64,000 nucleotides of DNA from contig CAZXWN010000011.1 in the NCBI GenBank assembly GCA_964644695.1, positions 1-64,000 of the forward strand, written 5' to 3'. Positions 41,631 through 50,175 of the stretch are shown here, in pieces; the stretch's first letter is position 1, and each line of letters begins with the position of its first letter. This stretch comes from an uncultured bacterium (GTDB lineage Bacteria > UBP4 > UBA4092). The notes beneath the pieces are model-generated. The model saw only the letters and a list, made by a program, of their open reading frames with translations, ran no database searches and was not told the origin of the DNA. The translations under genes and the position numbers were made by a program.

Positions 41631-42683
41631 TCATTCATAGAGATTACTATCACTATTGGATTCTTCAAACAATGGAGCACTTGTTAATAAAGGGTCATAA
41701 ATATAGGTGTAAGTCTTTATAAAATATAGAAAACGACTCCAATAACCTAAACCAATATTAGAACCTCCGGAAATTGAGGGTGCAAAACCTGTCACCGACT
41801 TAAACTTATTTCCTTCGACTCCACCATCTTTTAAATCCATTGCATAACAAGGATTTATTGTTTCGCTTGAACTTTTTCTATTCACAAATACAAATAAGGT
41901 TGATTGCTGAGCAAAAACCGCACCCGCAGGAACATAATGGTCATACGGTCCTCCCACAACAGTCCAAGGACCTAGCTTACCGTCTTCCTGAATGTCGGCG
42001 GATTCAATATACGAATATGGATAAACATCTCCATCAAATTCTCTAGTGCCATAGCAATAAACCTTATTCCCCAATACAAAAGAAGAACATACGGGTCCAT
42101 GAATCTGTTTAAAGGGATATCCAGACTGGAAGGCTTCGAGCCGTTCAGTCGTTCGGTTAAATTTGGCGTAAGATACAGTGTTTAAAAATGTATTTGTTGC
42201 AGCCTTATTCCAGTTTCTTCCCCCAAACATATATAAATTATCATTCACCATCAAACTGGAATGAAGGCCTCGGGGAGTATCTATTGAGCCTGAATAAACC
42301 ACATACCCTATACTGTCTGGACTCAAGGTCAATTGATACAGAGTATCCACATTACCACCTGTATACATATAACCACCCCGATATCCACCGGATAGAAACA
42401 TATATTTATCCGTCGTCGTCATGGAAAGCTGTTCATATACCTCTAACCCAGGCCTTACAATATAGTCCCAACCATTTACTATTCCTTGTTCATTGAGTGA
42501 GCCAACCGCAATTGTGTATCCAGGAACAGCCGTAAGTAGTTTTTGATTCCAGCAAATAATTGGATTTGGTGCCGTAAATCCAACATTTTCCCCCTGTGTC
42601 CATCCCCCTTCACCCGCAGCAAAAGAAAGCGAAGCCATTAACACTAAAACTAACAAACAAAGTAATTGTTTATTCATCCTCAT
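41631..42683 (-). CDS. Secreted Kelch-like beta-propeller protein
   Basis: Signal peptide; FLSGGY, PRGLHSSLMVNDNLYMFGG, LGNKVYCYG, DGKLGPW; AT-richer than flanks. Confidence 0.75.
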   Translation of the reverse strand: MRMNKQLLCLLVLVLMASLSFAAGEGGWTQGENVGFTAPNPIICWNQKLLTAVPGYTIAVGSLNEQGIVNGWDYIVRPGLEVYEQLSMTTTDKYMFLSGGYRGGYMYTGGNVDTLYQLTLSPDSIGYVVYSGSIDTPRGLHSSLMVNDNLYMFGGRNWNKAATNTFLNTVSYAKFNRTTERLEAFQSGYPFKQIHGPVCSSFVLGNKVYCYGTREFDGDVYPYSYIESADIQEDGKLGPWTVVGGPYDHYVPAGAVFAQQSTLFVFVNRKSSSETINPCYAMDLKDGGVEGNKFKSVTGFAPSISGGSNIGLGYWSRFLYFIKTYTYIYDPLLTSAPLFEESNSDSNLYE

Positions 42684-42801
42684 AGCTTATTGAATCCCCT
42701 TTTTCAGTCGTCATTGTCACCAATCTATACCCTTTATCATGGACTGTCAATAATTGTTTTTAACTCAGGCTACCTAACAGGAACCATCTCACTAATCCGA
42801 A

Positions 42802-42872
42802 CGGTCATTCCTGCGGAAGCAGGAATCCATGGACAGAGAACCTTGTGGATTCCGGGTCAAGCCCGGAATGAC
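42802..42872. repeat. REP doublet (REPIN-like)
   Basis: gtcattcctgcggaagcaggaatcca - spacer - tggattccgggtcaagcccggaatgac. Confidence 0.88.
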
Positions 42873-42917
42873 ACCAAGATTAGACCGACCCGGTTCGTTT
42901 CTGCTTCGTCAGTGAGA

Positions 42918-42963
42918 ACGAAGAATCCACGGAGTTAGTCCGAGATGGTCCGTGGGTGATTCG
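42918..42963 (+). repeat. 46-bp palindromic repeat, copy B
   Basis: ACGAAGAATCCACGGAGTTAGTCCGAGATGGTCCGTGGGTGATTCG. Confidence 0.85.
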
Positions 42964-43118
42964 GAGGGAGTGGGGGATTCTGGGGGGAAAGTTGGGGGAT
43001 TGGGAATCACTCTTTGGTGAAGAAGGGGAATTTATCCTCGCCATGGAAACGGAGGATAAATAAAAACCCGTAACTCCGGGATCGGAATTACGGGTTAAAC
43101 AGGATTCTAGTAAATAGA

Positions 43119-43283
43119 TTACTTGGCTTCGCGGAAAACGACTTTTTTCCGAAGCACTGGGTCATATTTTTTGAGTTCTAACCGTTCGGTAGAATTCTTT
43201 TTGTTCTTCTGAGTTGTATAAACGAACGGGCTCTCAGTGCTTTTCATTTTAATGACCTGGCGTGCACCAGCTTTTTTTGCCAT
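43119..43283 (-). CDS. rpmG: 50S ribosomal protein L33 (Cys-free form)
   Basis: [15 protein letters not shown]...[24 protein letters not shown]. Confidence 0.95.
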   Translation of the reverse strand: MAKKAGARQVIKMKSTESPFVYTTQKNKKNSTERLELKKYDPVLRKKVVFREAK

Positions 43284-43397
43284 GATAATTACCTCTCTAA
43301 TATAATCCAAGAATGCATTTTCAATTCAGAACCTACAATTATACAGGATTTTTGGCTAAAAGCCAACTCCGCCCCCCAAAAGGTCCGAATCAGCGGT

Positions 43398-43964
43398 TCA
43401 AAACACGCTGTCCGTGCCGGCAAAGACCAATATATCGGACTTCGCCGATTTCTCCCTCGCCTCGATTTCAAAGGACACTTTATGAAATCCTTTCAGGAAA
43501 TACTCTTTCAAATATCTCCGGAAATAAGGTTTCATATCCATCGAGGACCCCCCTGTGATTTCAAACTGACGGACATGCACCAGCGCATGAGCCATCAGTT
43601 CCGGCCGGAAGACATTCCTCCTGAAATAAATGGCAGGTCCCAGGGTCAGTCCGTCTTCCTCCGGGTGCATCCGCCCAAATTGAAAAGCCGCTTCTTCCCA
43701 TTTTCCACATCGTGGCAGATGAAACACCCATTGATACTTTTGCACCAGTGTTTCCATCACATTCCGTGGAATAAGCGGAGGGACCAGGTCCACAATCATG
43801 TACCGGATATATTCGGGATGTTCAATGCCGAAATAATACTGGGCCGCCTGAGCCTGCTCCGGCTTCAGGGATACCCCCTGAAGCAATATCCTGTCCCGAT
43901 GTTCTTCCAGATACGGAAGAATATCATTGAGGACGGATTCCATTAACCCATGATTCAGTTTCAT
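43398..43964 (-). CDS. DUF4157-like zincin-fold protein with HAxxH in place of HExxH
   Basis: GLTLGPAIYF...LMAHALVHVRQFE...SFEIEA. Confidence 0.7.
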   Translation of the reverse strand: MKLNHGLMESVLNDILPYLEEHRDRILLQGVSLKPEQAQAAQYYFGIEHPEYIRYMIVDLVPPLIPRNVMETLVQKYQWVFHLPRCGKWEEAAFQFGRMHPEEDGLTLGPAIYFRRNVFRPELMAHALVHVRQFEITGGSSMDMKPYFRRYLKEYFLKGFHKVSFEIEAREKSAKSDILVFAGTDSVF

Positions 43965-44191
43965 GATTGTGTCCTCCTCTCATTTGATTCTAGTCCCTTT
44001 TGCCAGAGATTACTGCAGAATATTGACAGTCTCATCTTCCCGTCCCGAAAAAAAGGTTTTGACGATTCAGGCCGGGTTCAGTATAGTTTTATACACTAAC
44101 AGACACAATGTTTTATTATTTAGTAAACCCTGAAGGTCTCTGGCAGGTATCTGCTATTAACAAACTGTTTATATGCAAAGAAGGGTTATCC

Positions 44192-44983
44192 ATGTATTTG
44201 CCTGGTATTAGGACTTTTACAACAATATCACTGGTTTTGGGACTGGTATTGACTGTCTCAGCCCAAAATCCACCCACATCAACTCCCACTCCGGTAGAGA
44301 CGGCCACACTCGCCCCGGCCCAACAAACCGTGTATCTCATGGGTCCGATCGTGGATGCTTACCAAGCCCCATTTTTATATGTGTATGGAGCCAGCGGTCC
44401 CAATAATTATGAGAACACCATGATTGAACGATATGTTCAGGATGTTGTCGATAAATGGAAACTCCTCCGAAACCGGACTGTCCCTGTAAAGAAGGATGTT
44501 GATGTTACAGAGAAGGATATTCAGGCTTACCACCTGATTTTGTACGGAAATGAAGAAAACAATCTCATCTTAAAAAAGATTGCGGACAAGATGCCCATCC
44601 GGTTCAAAACAAATGAAGTCATTGTCGGGGATGTTTCCTATAAAGGGTATGATGTGGGCGCCATCTTCGTTCATCCCAATCCTCTGAACCCCAAACGCTA
44701 TGTATTAGTTTATGGGACCGCAAATTATGACTATCTCAAAGGGGTCAATGCCGTTCCCGCCTCAGATTATGATTATGTCATTTTCAATGATAAATCCAAG
44801 GTAAATCCTCTCAAGGGAAATGCTCAACCGCCTTTGGAAACGGGTTATTTTGATAAATCCAGCCCTCTGCTCTGGAAGGTCAAACCCCATCCTAAGAAAG
44901 CCCTGGAACCTGTATTACCGGCGGAAACATCCTATAACCCTGTAGCCAAACCCTCAGTAAAAATCAAATCCAAAACTCGTTAA
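44192..44983 (+). CDS. Secreted hypothetical protein
   Basis: Signal peptide, PT-rich linker, HLILYGNEENN, FVHPNPLNPKRYV. Confidence 0.7.
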   Translation: MYLPGIRTFTTISLVLGLVLTVSAQNPPTSTPTPVETATLAPAQQTVYLMGPIVDAYQAPFLYVYGASGPNNYENTMIERYVQDVVDKWKLLRNRTVPVKKDVDVTEKDIQAYHLILYGNEENNLILKKIADKMPIRFKTNEVIVGDVSYKGYDVGAIFVHPNPLNPKRYVLVYGTANYDYLKGVNAVPASDYDYVIFNDKSKVNPLKGNAQPPLETGYFDKSSPLLWKVKPHPKKALEPVLPAETSYNPVAKPSVKIKSKTR

Positions 44984-45090
44984 AAAATCATCCGCACCTC
45001 CATCCCAGCCCCGGCCTGTCATTGACAGCCGGGGTATGTTTTAAGTGCAAGTTCTGGTAAAATGGATAATTACTGACTGTAAAGTCCAGT

Positions 45091-45167
45091 GCGCCCGTAG
45101 CTCAATTGGATAGAGCGTTTGCCTCCGGAGCAAAAGGTTGTGCGTTCGATTCGCGCCGGGCGCACCA
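45091..45167 (+). tRNA. tRNA-Arg (CCG)
   Basis: GCGCCCG acceptor, anticodon arm tttgc-CTCCGGA-gcaaa, GTTCGATTC, CCA. Confidence 0.96.
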
Positions 45168-45319
45168 TTGATCGAAAATCCACGACCTTCCAGAAAGCCT
45201 GGGAATTATTTTCCCCGGCTTTTTTGTTTTCTCCCAAAGACTCACCCGGATTGATAAAAATAAAAACAGAGTGAAGAGCCGGAACTCTTCACTCTGTCCC
45301 AATATTTTATAAAAAAGAC

Positions 45320-46327
45320 TTATTCTATAGGTATTTCTTTTCCGGTTTTGATTGATTTGAATGCCGCATCCAATACTTTCATATTGGAAATAGCGTCTGA
45401 GGCACCAAATCGGGCTTGCCGATTATGTCGTATTGATTCCTGAATGTCATCAATCATCCGTGCGTACGGGTCCTGACGACGAATCACTGCTTTTTTGACC
45501 ATATCAGATTGATAGACGAAGATGTTCGTATCCCGCATCTTTTGGGAAAACGCACGATCCACAACCATTCGGCCGGTGGTCCCCACCACTTCAAAATAGC
45601 TTTGGAAGGTGGACTCAAAAGAACAATCCAACTGAGCCACTTTACCCTTCGGGAAATTTAAGTGAAGGGTGGCTGAAGTATCAATCCCATATTTCGGATG
45701 GATCCGAGCTGTTGCATACACACTTACCGGTTCTTCCTCAAACATCATACGAGCTACACTGACGGTATAACAACCCACATCGTACAGTGCACCTCCACCG
45801 AATTCTGGGTGCCACCGGTAATTATCCAAATCAACGGGATAATCGAAAGTGAAAGAACTATGCAACCACCGAATATCTCCCAGGTCGTTTTTCCGAATGT
45901 AACGAAGGGCTTTCTCATTTTGTACATGGTACTTGTACATGAAAGCTTCCATCATAATCACATTCGTACTTTGCGCTGCTTCTGCCATTTTACGGGCTTC
46001 CTCCGCATTCATGGCAAAAGGCTTTTCCACCAGAACATGTTTCCCGGCCTTTGCGGCCCGAATCGCCCACTCACAATGAAGATGATTCGCAAGCGGAATA
46101 TAAACAGCATCCACCATTGGATCATCAATCATGGACTGGTAGTCTGGATACGCAACAACAAACTTGTGAGCATTTTTCCAAGCTTGTGCTTTCTTAAAAT
46201 CCCGGCTGGCGATACCATAGGTCACACCGTTCTTCACACTCTTGATGGCGGAAAGCATCGCACGCTCCGCTATTGAGGCACACCCCAGAATCCCCCATTT
46301 GATTTTTCTCTTCATGAAAAACATCAC
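45320..46327 (-). CDS. Gfo/Idh/MocA oxidoreductase
   Basis: WGILGCASIA, GKHVLVEKP, EAFMY, GGGALYDVGCY. Confidence 0.92.
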   Translation of the reverse strand: MMFFMKRKIKWGILGCASIAERAMLSAIKSVKNGVTYGIASRDFKKAQAWKNAHKFVVAYPDYQSMIDDPMVDAVYIPLANHLHCEWAIRAAKAGKHVLVEKPFAMNAEEARKMAEAAQSTNVIMMEAFMYKYHVQNEKALRYIRKNDLGDIRWLHSSFTFDYPVDLDNYRWHPEFGGGALYDVGCYTVSVARMMFEEEPVSVYATARIHPKYGIDTSATLHLNFPKGKVAQLDCSFESTFQSYFEVVGTTGRMVVDRAFSQKMRDTNIFVYQSDMVKKAVIRRQDPYARMIDDIQESIRHNRQARFGASDAISNMKVLDAAFKSIKTGKEIPIE

Positions 46328-46507
46328 CTTCTTCCAAAATAATTGCCAGCTCGCAATAAGGTCCCTACACCTTGTTAATATTTATTCTACATGAAGGAAG
46401 GGTTTGATTTGTCAATCTTTTTTGATTTTTACATGGAATCTGTTTTCTTGAATGGAATTTAGGAAAGATAATATTTTAATGATAGAATCAGGGGAAATCA
46501 TCACGGA

Positions 46508-48454
46508 GTGTCTTCGGGAAAGAGGTTTAGGATGCAACCTCGGCAATTGGGAAACTGGCGACTCGGTTCCGTTCAAAGGATAGATTCAGCCGGGACGGTT
46601 TATACCGGCATGCATCTGAGTACCGGCAACCAGTTCATAATAAGACACTTACCTGAAGCATGGTCTCATGACCCCGGGTTCCGACATCGCTTCGATGAGG
46701 CCCGCCAGCTCTGGCCCAAAATCCATCACCCTCACCTGTTATCCGTCGTAGCATTACGCGAGGAGGCGGATGGATATTGGGTCATTCAAGAGGATATTGA
46801 GTCTCTCCCTTTGACCACAATCCAGACACCGGAAGAAATACTCCGGTTATTAAAACAATTTATTACTGTCTTAAAATTTCTGGATACCACCCCATTAAAG
46901 GGACATGGTTTCCTGAATCCTGAATGTATCCGAATCACTTCGGAGAAGATGTTGAAACTGGGGGACTGGGGGCTTGCTTTGCTGGCCGGGCCGCTGGCAT
47001 CCCTGTTACCCAATCTTCCCCCTGAGATATCCGCAAAAGATTCTCTGGAAGTTCAAGACCGTTACTGTCTGGGTACGGTCGGTCATATTCTTGCTGGAGA
47101 GAGGACAGTTTTGCCGGCGGCAGTGAAATCCTTTTTAGGCTCATTAATGGATTTTTCTACCGGAGAAAAACTTCCTTCATGGGATGATATTGATGAGCAC
47201 CTGGACCGTATGTTGGAGCCTTATCAGTCAGAAGTGATTCAACCTGTTCCCGTTCAACTCACCTCTCTGGATCCACACGGTTATAGTCATCCCGGAATCA
47301 AAAAATTATGGGAACCCTTCTTTTCCCGGAAAACACTTCTGGCATTGGGTATTATCTTCTTAATGGTGGCAGGCTTGATTACTTATGTCTTCTGGCCCGC
47401 CAACTATCCAGCATTTCAAAAGAAATCCACCGCCGGCAGGACTCCGGTGAGAGTGACCGGAGAAATCCCTGAGGAGTCTCTCGAACTCAACTATAACCCT
47501 CGTTCTGGAGATAAAGAACATTCCTCAGAAACAGCATCTTCAGACCCCTGGGAACAGTGGGGAAATCCTAACCATATTAAGAAGGCTCCTACTGTCCAAT
47601 CAATTTCTTTACCCAGTGCAAAACCAGAAGGACCACAGGCCGCCCCAGCCACAGATGGAAAGAAAAAGGATGAGACCCCGACCACAGCTTCAGAACCACA
47701 AAAAGTAACCCAGGCAAAAGATACCACACCCCCTGATAACGAATATGCTGATAATGGAGCAGATTCCCCTATCTCCATTCCCCCGGGTATGATTTTAGTT
47801 CAGGGAAGGTCCTTCATAATGGGTCGGGATGGTGGACCTGCTGAAGAGAGCCCATCCCATACCGTCGTAGTAGATACCTTTTTTATTGACCAATATGAAG
47901 TCACCAACAAAGCCTATTCCATTTATCTGATTGCAACGGATGGAACACCTCCGCCCTATTGGTCCAGCCGGTATCCCCCGGCAGAGATGGAGCTTTTCCC
48001 CGTCACTCAGATTACCTGGCAAGAGGCGCAAAATTATGCCACATGGACCGGGAAACGCCTTCCCACCGAAGCAGAATGGGAACGGGCCGCCAGAGACAAC
48101 CCCAGTAATCCGTATCCGTGGGGCACGGAGTTCCGAATATCCTCCGCCAACACGCTGGAGTCTGGCGTAGGTCATGCGGTTGTTGTGGGGCAATATGTCC
48201 AGGGTTACAGCCCTCTGGGTATCAGCGACCTTTGTGGCAATGTGGCTGAGTGGACAAGCAGCGCCTTTGGTCCTTATGCGGGGAATCTGGTCCCAGACCC
48301 TGAGTATCTTTTGGGACATAAGACAACGCGTGGAGGGTCATGGAACATTAAAGCGGTGGATTGCAGGGTTACCAGCCGTGATGGGCGGGATCCAAACCAG
48401 AGATATTCAGATGTGGGCTTTCGTTGTGTTAAGGATATTCCAAACCCTGAATAG
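46508..48454 (+). CDS. Degenerate Ser/Thr kinase - TM - FGE/sulfatase-modifying (SUMF1) domain fusion
   Basis: Kinase remnants (IHHPHLL, LNPECI, KLGDWG); TM; YEVTN, RLPTEAEWERAAR, GNVAEW, RGGSW, GFRC. Confidence 0.85.
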   Translation: MSSGKRFRMQPRQLGNWRLGSVQRIDSAGTVYTGMHLSTGNQFIIRHLPEAWSHDPGFRHRFDEARQLWPKIHHPHLLSVVALREEADGYWVIQEDIESLPLTTIQTPEEILRLLKQFITVLKFLDTTPLKGHGFLNPECIRITSEKMLKLGDWGLALLAGPLASLLPNLPPEISAKDSLEVQDRYCLGTVGHILAGERTVLPAAVKSFLGSLMDFSTGEKLPSWDDIDEHLDRMLEPYQSEVIQPVPVQLTSLDPHGYSHPGIKKLWEPFFSRKTLLALGIIFLMVAGLITYVFWPANYPAFQKKSTAGRTPVRVTGEIPEESLELNYNPRSGDKEHSSETASSDPWEQWGNPNHIKKAPTVQSISLPSAKPEGPQAAPATDGKKKDETPTTASEPQKVTQAKDTTPPDNEYADNGADSPISIPPGMILVQGRSFIMGRDGGPAEESPSHTVVVDTFFIDQYEVTNKAYSIYLIATDGTPPPYWSSRYPPAEMELFPVTQITWQEAQNYATWTGKRLPTEAEWERAARDNPSNPYPWGTEFRISSANTLESGVGHAVVVGQYVQGYSPLGISDLCGNVAEWTSSAFGPYAGNLVPDPEYLLGHKTTRGGSWNIKAVDCRVTSRDGRDPNQRYSDVGFRCVKDIPNPE

Positions 48455-48582
48455 CCACACTTTCTCTCCCGTCCAATTCCGATTCAGCGGTATAATGTTA
48501 TTAAATAATGAATCCCGCTCACAGGATTTGTCTGGAGCGGGTTTTATTAAATAAATCTGGATGAAAGATTGATGAATCCTCT

Positions 48583-49569
48583 ATGCAATGTTATGTGACC
48601 GGAGCCACCGGATATATCGGCCGCCATCTAATTAAGGCCCTGTTAGAACAGGGTCATTCTGTGCGTGCGGTCGTTCGTCCGGGCAATCCAATAGATGACC
48701 TGACTCAATCCGGAGTGGAAGTCGTACAGGGTGAAATCAATGATGAAGATTTCATCAAACAAACCGTCAAAGGAATGGAACGGGTATTCCATCTTGCCGC
48801 CCTCACCTCACCTATTGACCGGCATCCAGATGAATTCTATCGTGTCAATTATGAAGGCCACCGGACTGTCGTGGATATGGCGAACCTGAGCGATGCCCAC
48901 CGAATCGTCTATGTGTCCTGTTACCTTGCTATTGGGCCTACACCAGGGATTATCGCCGACGAACGATACTCTCATCGTCATACCCCCTTTTATAATTATT
49001 ATCATGAGACTAAATACCTGGCCCATTTAGAAGCAGGTCGGTATATGGGGGCGGGCCTTCCCTATGTGGCGGTATATCCAGGTATGGTTTATGGTCCTGG
49101 TGATTTTGCTCATGGGAACAGGATGACCCGGTACCTGCTGGATATGCAGAAGCGGCGATTCCCCGGGATTCTCAAACCGGGCAGCCAGGTATGGAATCTG
49201 GTTTATATTGAGGATGTCGTCAAAGGTATTTTATTGGCGGGAGAAACCGGCCGGCTCGGCAATAACTATATACTGGGTGGCGACAACCTGACAGTGAACG
49301 AAATCGCAGAGACGGTAAAGCAAGTCACAGGGAAACCGCGGCGGCCTAAAAAGACAACTCTTGCGTGGGCGAAAAGCCGCTCCCGCCTTACGGATTGGTG
49401 CCTGTCTCCCTTCGGCAAACAATCGCAATATCCCCAGGGACTGTTGGAAATCCTGAGTCGTGATTGGGCCCTCTCTTCTGCAAAGGCAGAAAAACATCTC
49501 GGATACACTCACATTTCTTTCCGGGAAGGGTTGCAGAAAACCCTCGATTGGTCTCAAAATATGAAATAG
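48583..49569 (+). CDS. NAD-dependent epimerase/dehydratase (extended SDR)
   Basis: VTGATGYIG, FHLAA, YHETK, VYGPGD. Confidence 0.9.
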   Translation: MQCYVTGATGYIGRHLIKALLEQGHSVRAVVRPGNPIDDLTQSGVEVVQGEINDEDFIKQTVKGMERVFHLAALTSPIDRHPDEFYRVNYEGHRTVVDMANLSDAHRIVYVSCYLAIGPTPGIIADERYSHRHTPFYNYYHETKYLAHLEAGRYMGAGLPYVAVYPGMVYGPGDFAHGNRMTRYLLDMQKRRFPGILKPGSQVWNLVYIEDVVKGILLAGETGRLGNNYILGGDNLTVNEIAETVKQVTGKPRRPKKTTLAWAKSRSRLTDWCLSPFGKQSQYPQGLLEILSRDWALSSAKAEKHLGYTHISFREGLQKTLDWSQNMK

Positions 49570-49639
49570 AGAGGATGTGCATGATATCCTCTCCGAGGTT
49601 GAGTCGTCCTCGTTTCTTTATTTCATCAAAGGTCAATCA

Positions 49640-50110
49640 ATGGCTGAAATATCCATCGGTAAAAAAGCTCCAGATTTCAAACTGGCATCATCCGCAGGAA
49701 AAACACTTTCACTCAAAGATTTTAAGGGACAGGTTGTTGTCCTCTATTTTTACCCAAGAGACATGACTCCCGGCTGCACCACTGAAGCGTGCGATTTCCG
49801 TGACCGCCACTCCGAACTCGAAAAGTTGGGTGCAGTAGTGATCGGCATTTCCACAGATGATTTGAAAAAGCACGCCAAGTTTATTGAAAAATACGAACTC
49901 ACCTTCCCTCTCCTGGCCGATACTGATAAGGAAGTCCATCAGCTTTATGGTGTCTGGAAAGAGAAAAATATGTACGGCAAGAAAGTCATGGGAACAGAAC
50001 GTTCTACTTTCATCATCGGTAAGGATGGGAAAATTACTCATATCTTCCCGAAAGTGAAAGTCACCGGACATGTGGAAGAAGTCCTGGCGGCTGTCAAAGA
50101 AATCATCTAG
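49640..50110 (+). CDS. bcp: Peroxiredoxin Bcp
   Basis: LYFYPRDMTPGCTTEAC, ERSTFII; start probably ATG 49640. Confidence 0.93.
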   Translation: MAEISIGKKAPDFKLASSAGKTLSLKDFKGQVVVLYFYPRDMTPGCTTEACDFRDRHSELEKLGAVVIGISTDDLKKHAKFIEKYELTFPLLADTDKEVHQLYGVWKEKNMYGKKVMGTERSTFIIGKDGKITHIFPKVKVTGHVEEVLAAVKEII

Positions 50111-50175
50111 TCTCAAACAGCGAATATAAAAAAAGGCCCGGAGATAACTCTCCGGGCCCTATCAATATCTGTCAG

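Larger units (their letters stand above)
42630..42963. repeat. Copy 2 of the duplicated promoter/leader module, carrying an extra REP doublet
   Basis: Matches 1..259 except for 42787-42879. Confidence 0.95.

Noticed and set aside
39139-45167. tRNA-anchored genomic island or prophage
   Set aside because: No duplicated tRNA 3' end, integrase or phage gene found near either tRNA
45102-45302. 66-aa minus-strand ORF
   Set aside because: Antisense reading of tRNA-Arg and its terminator
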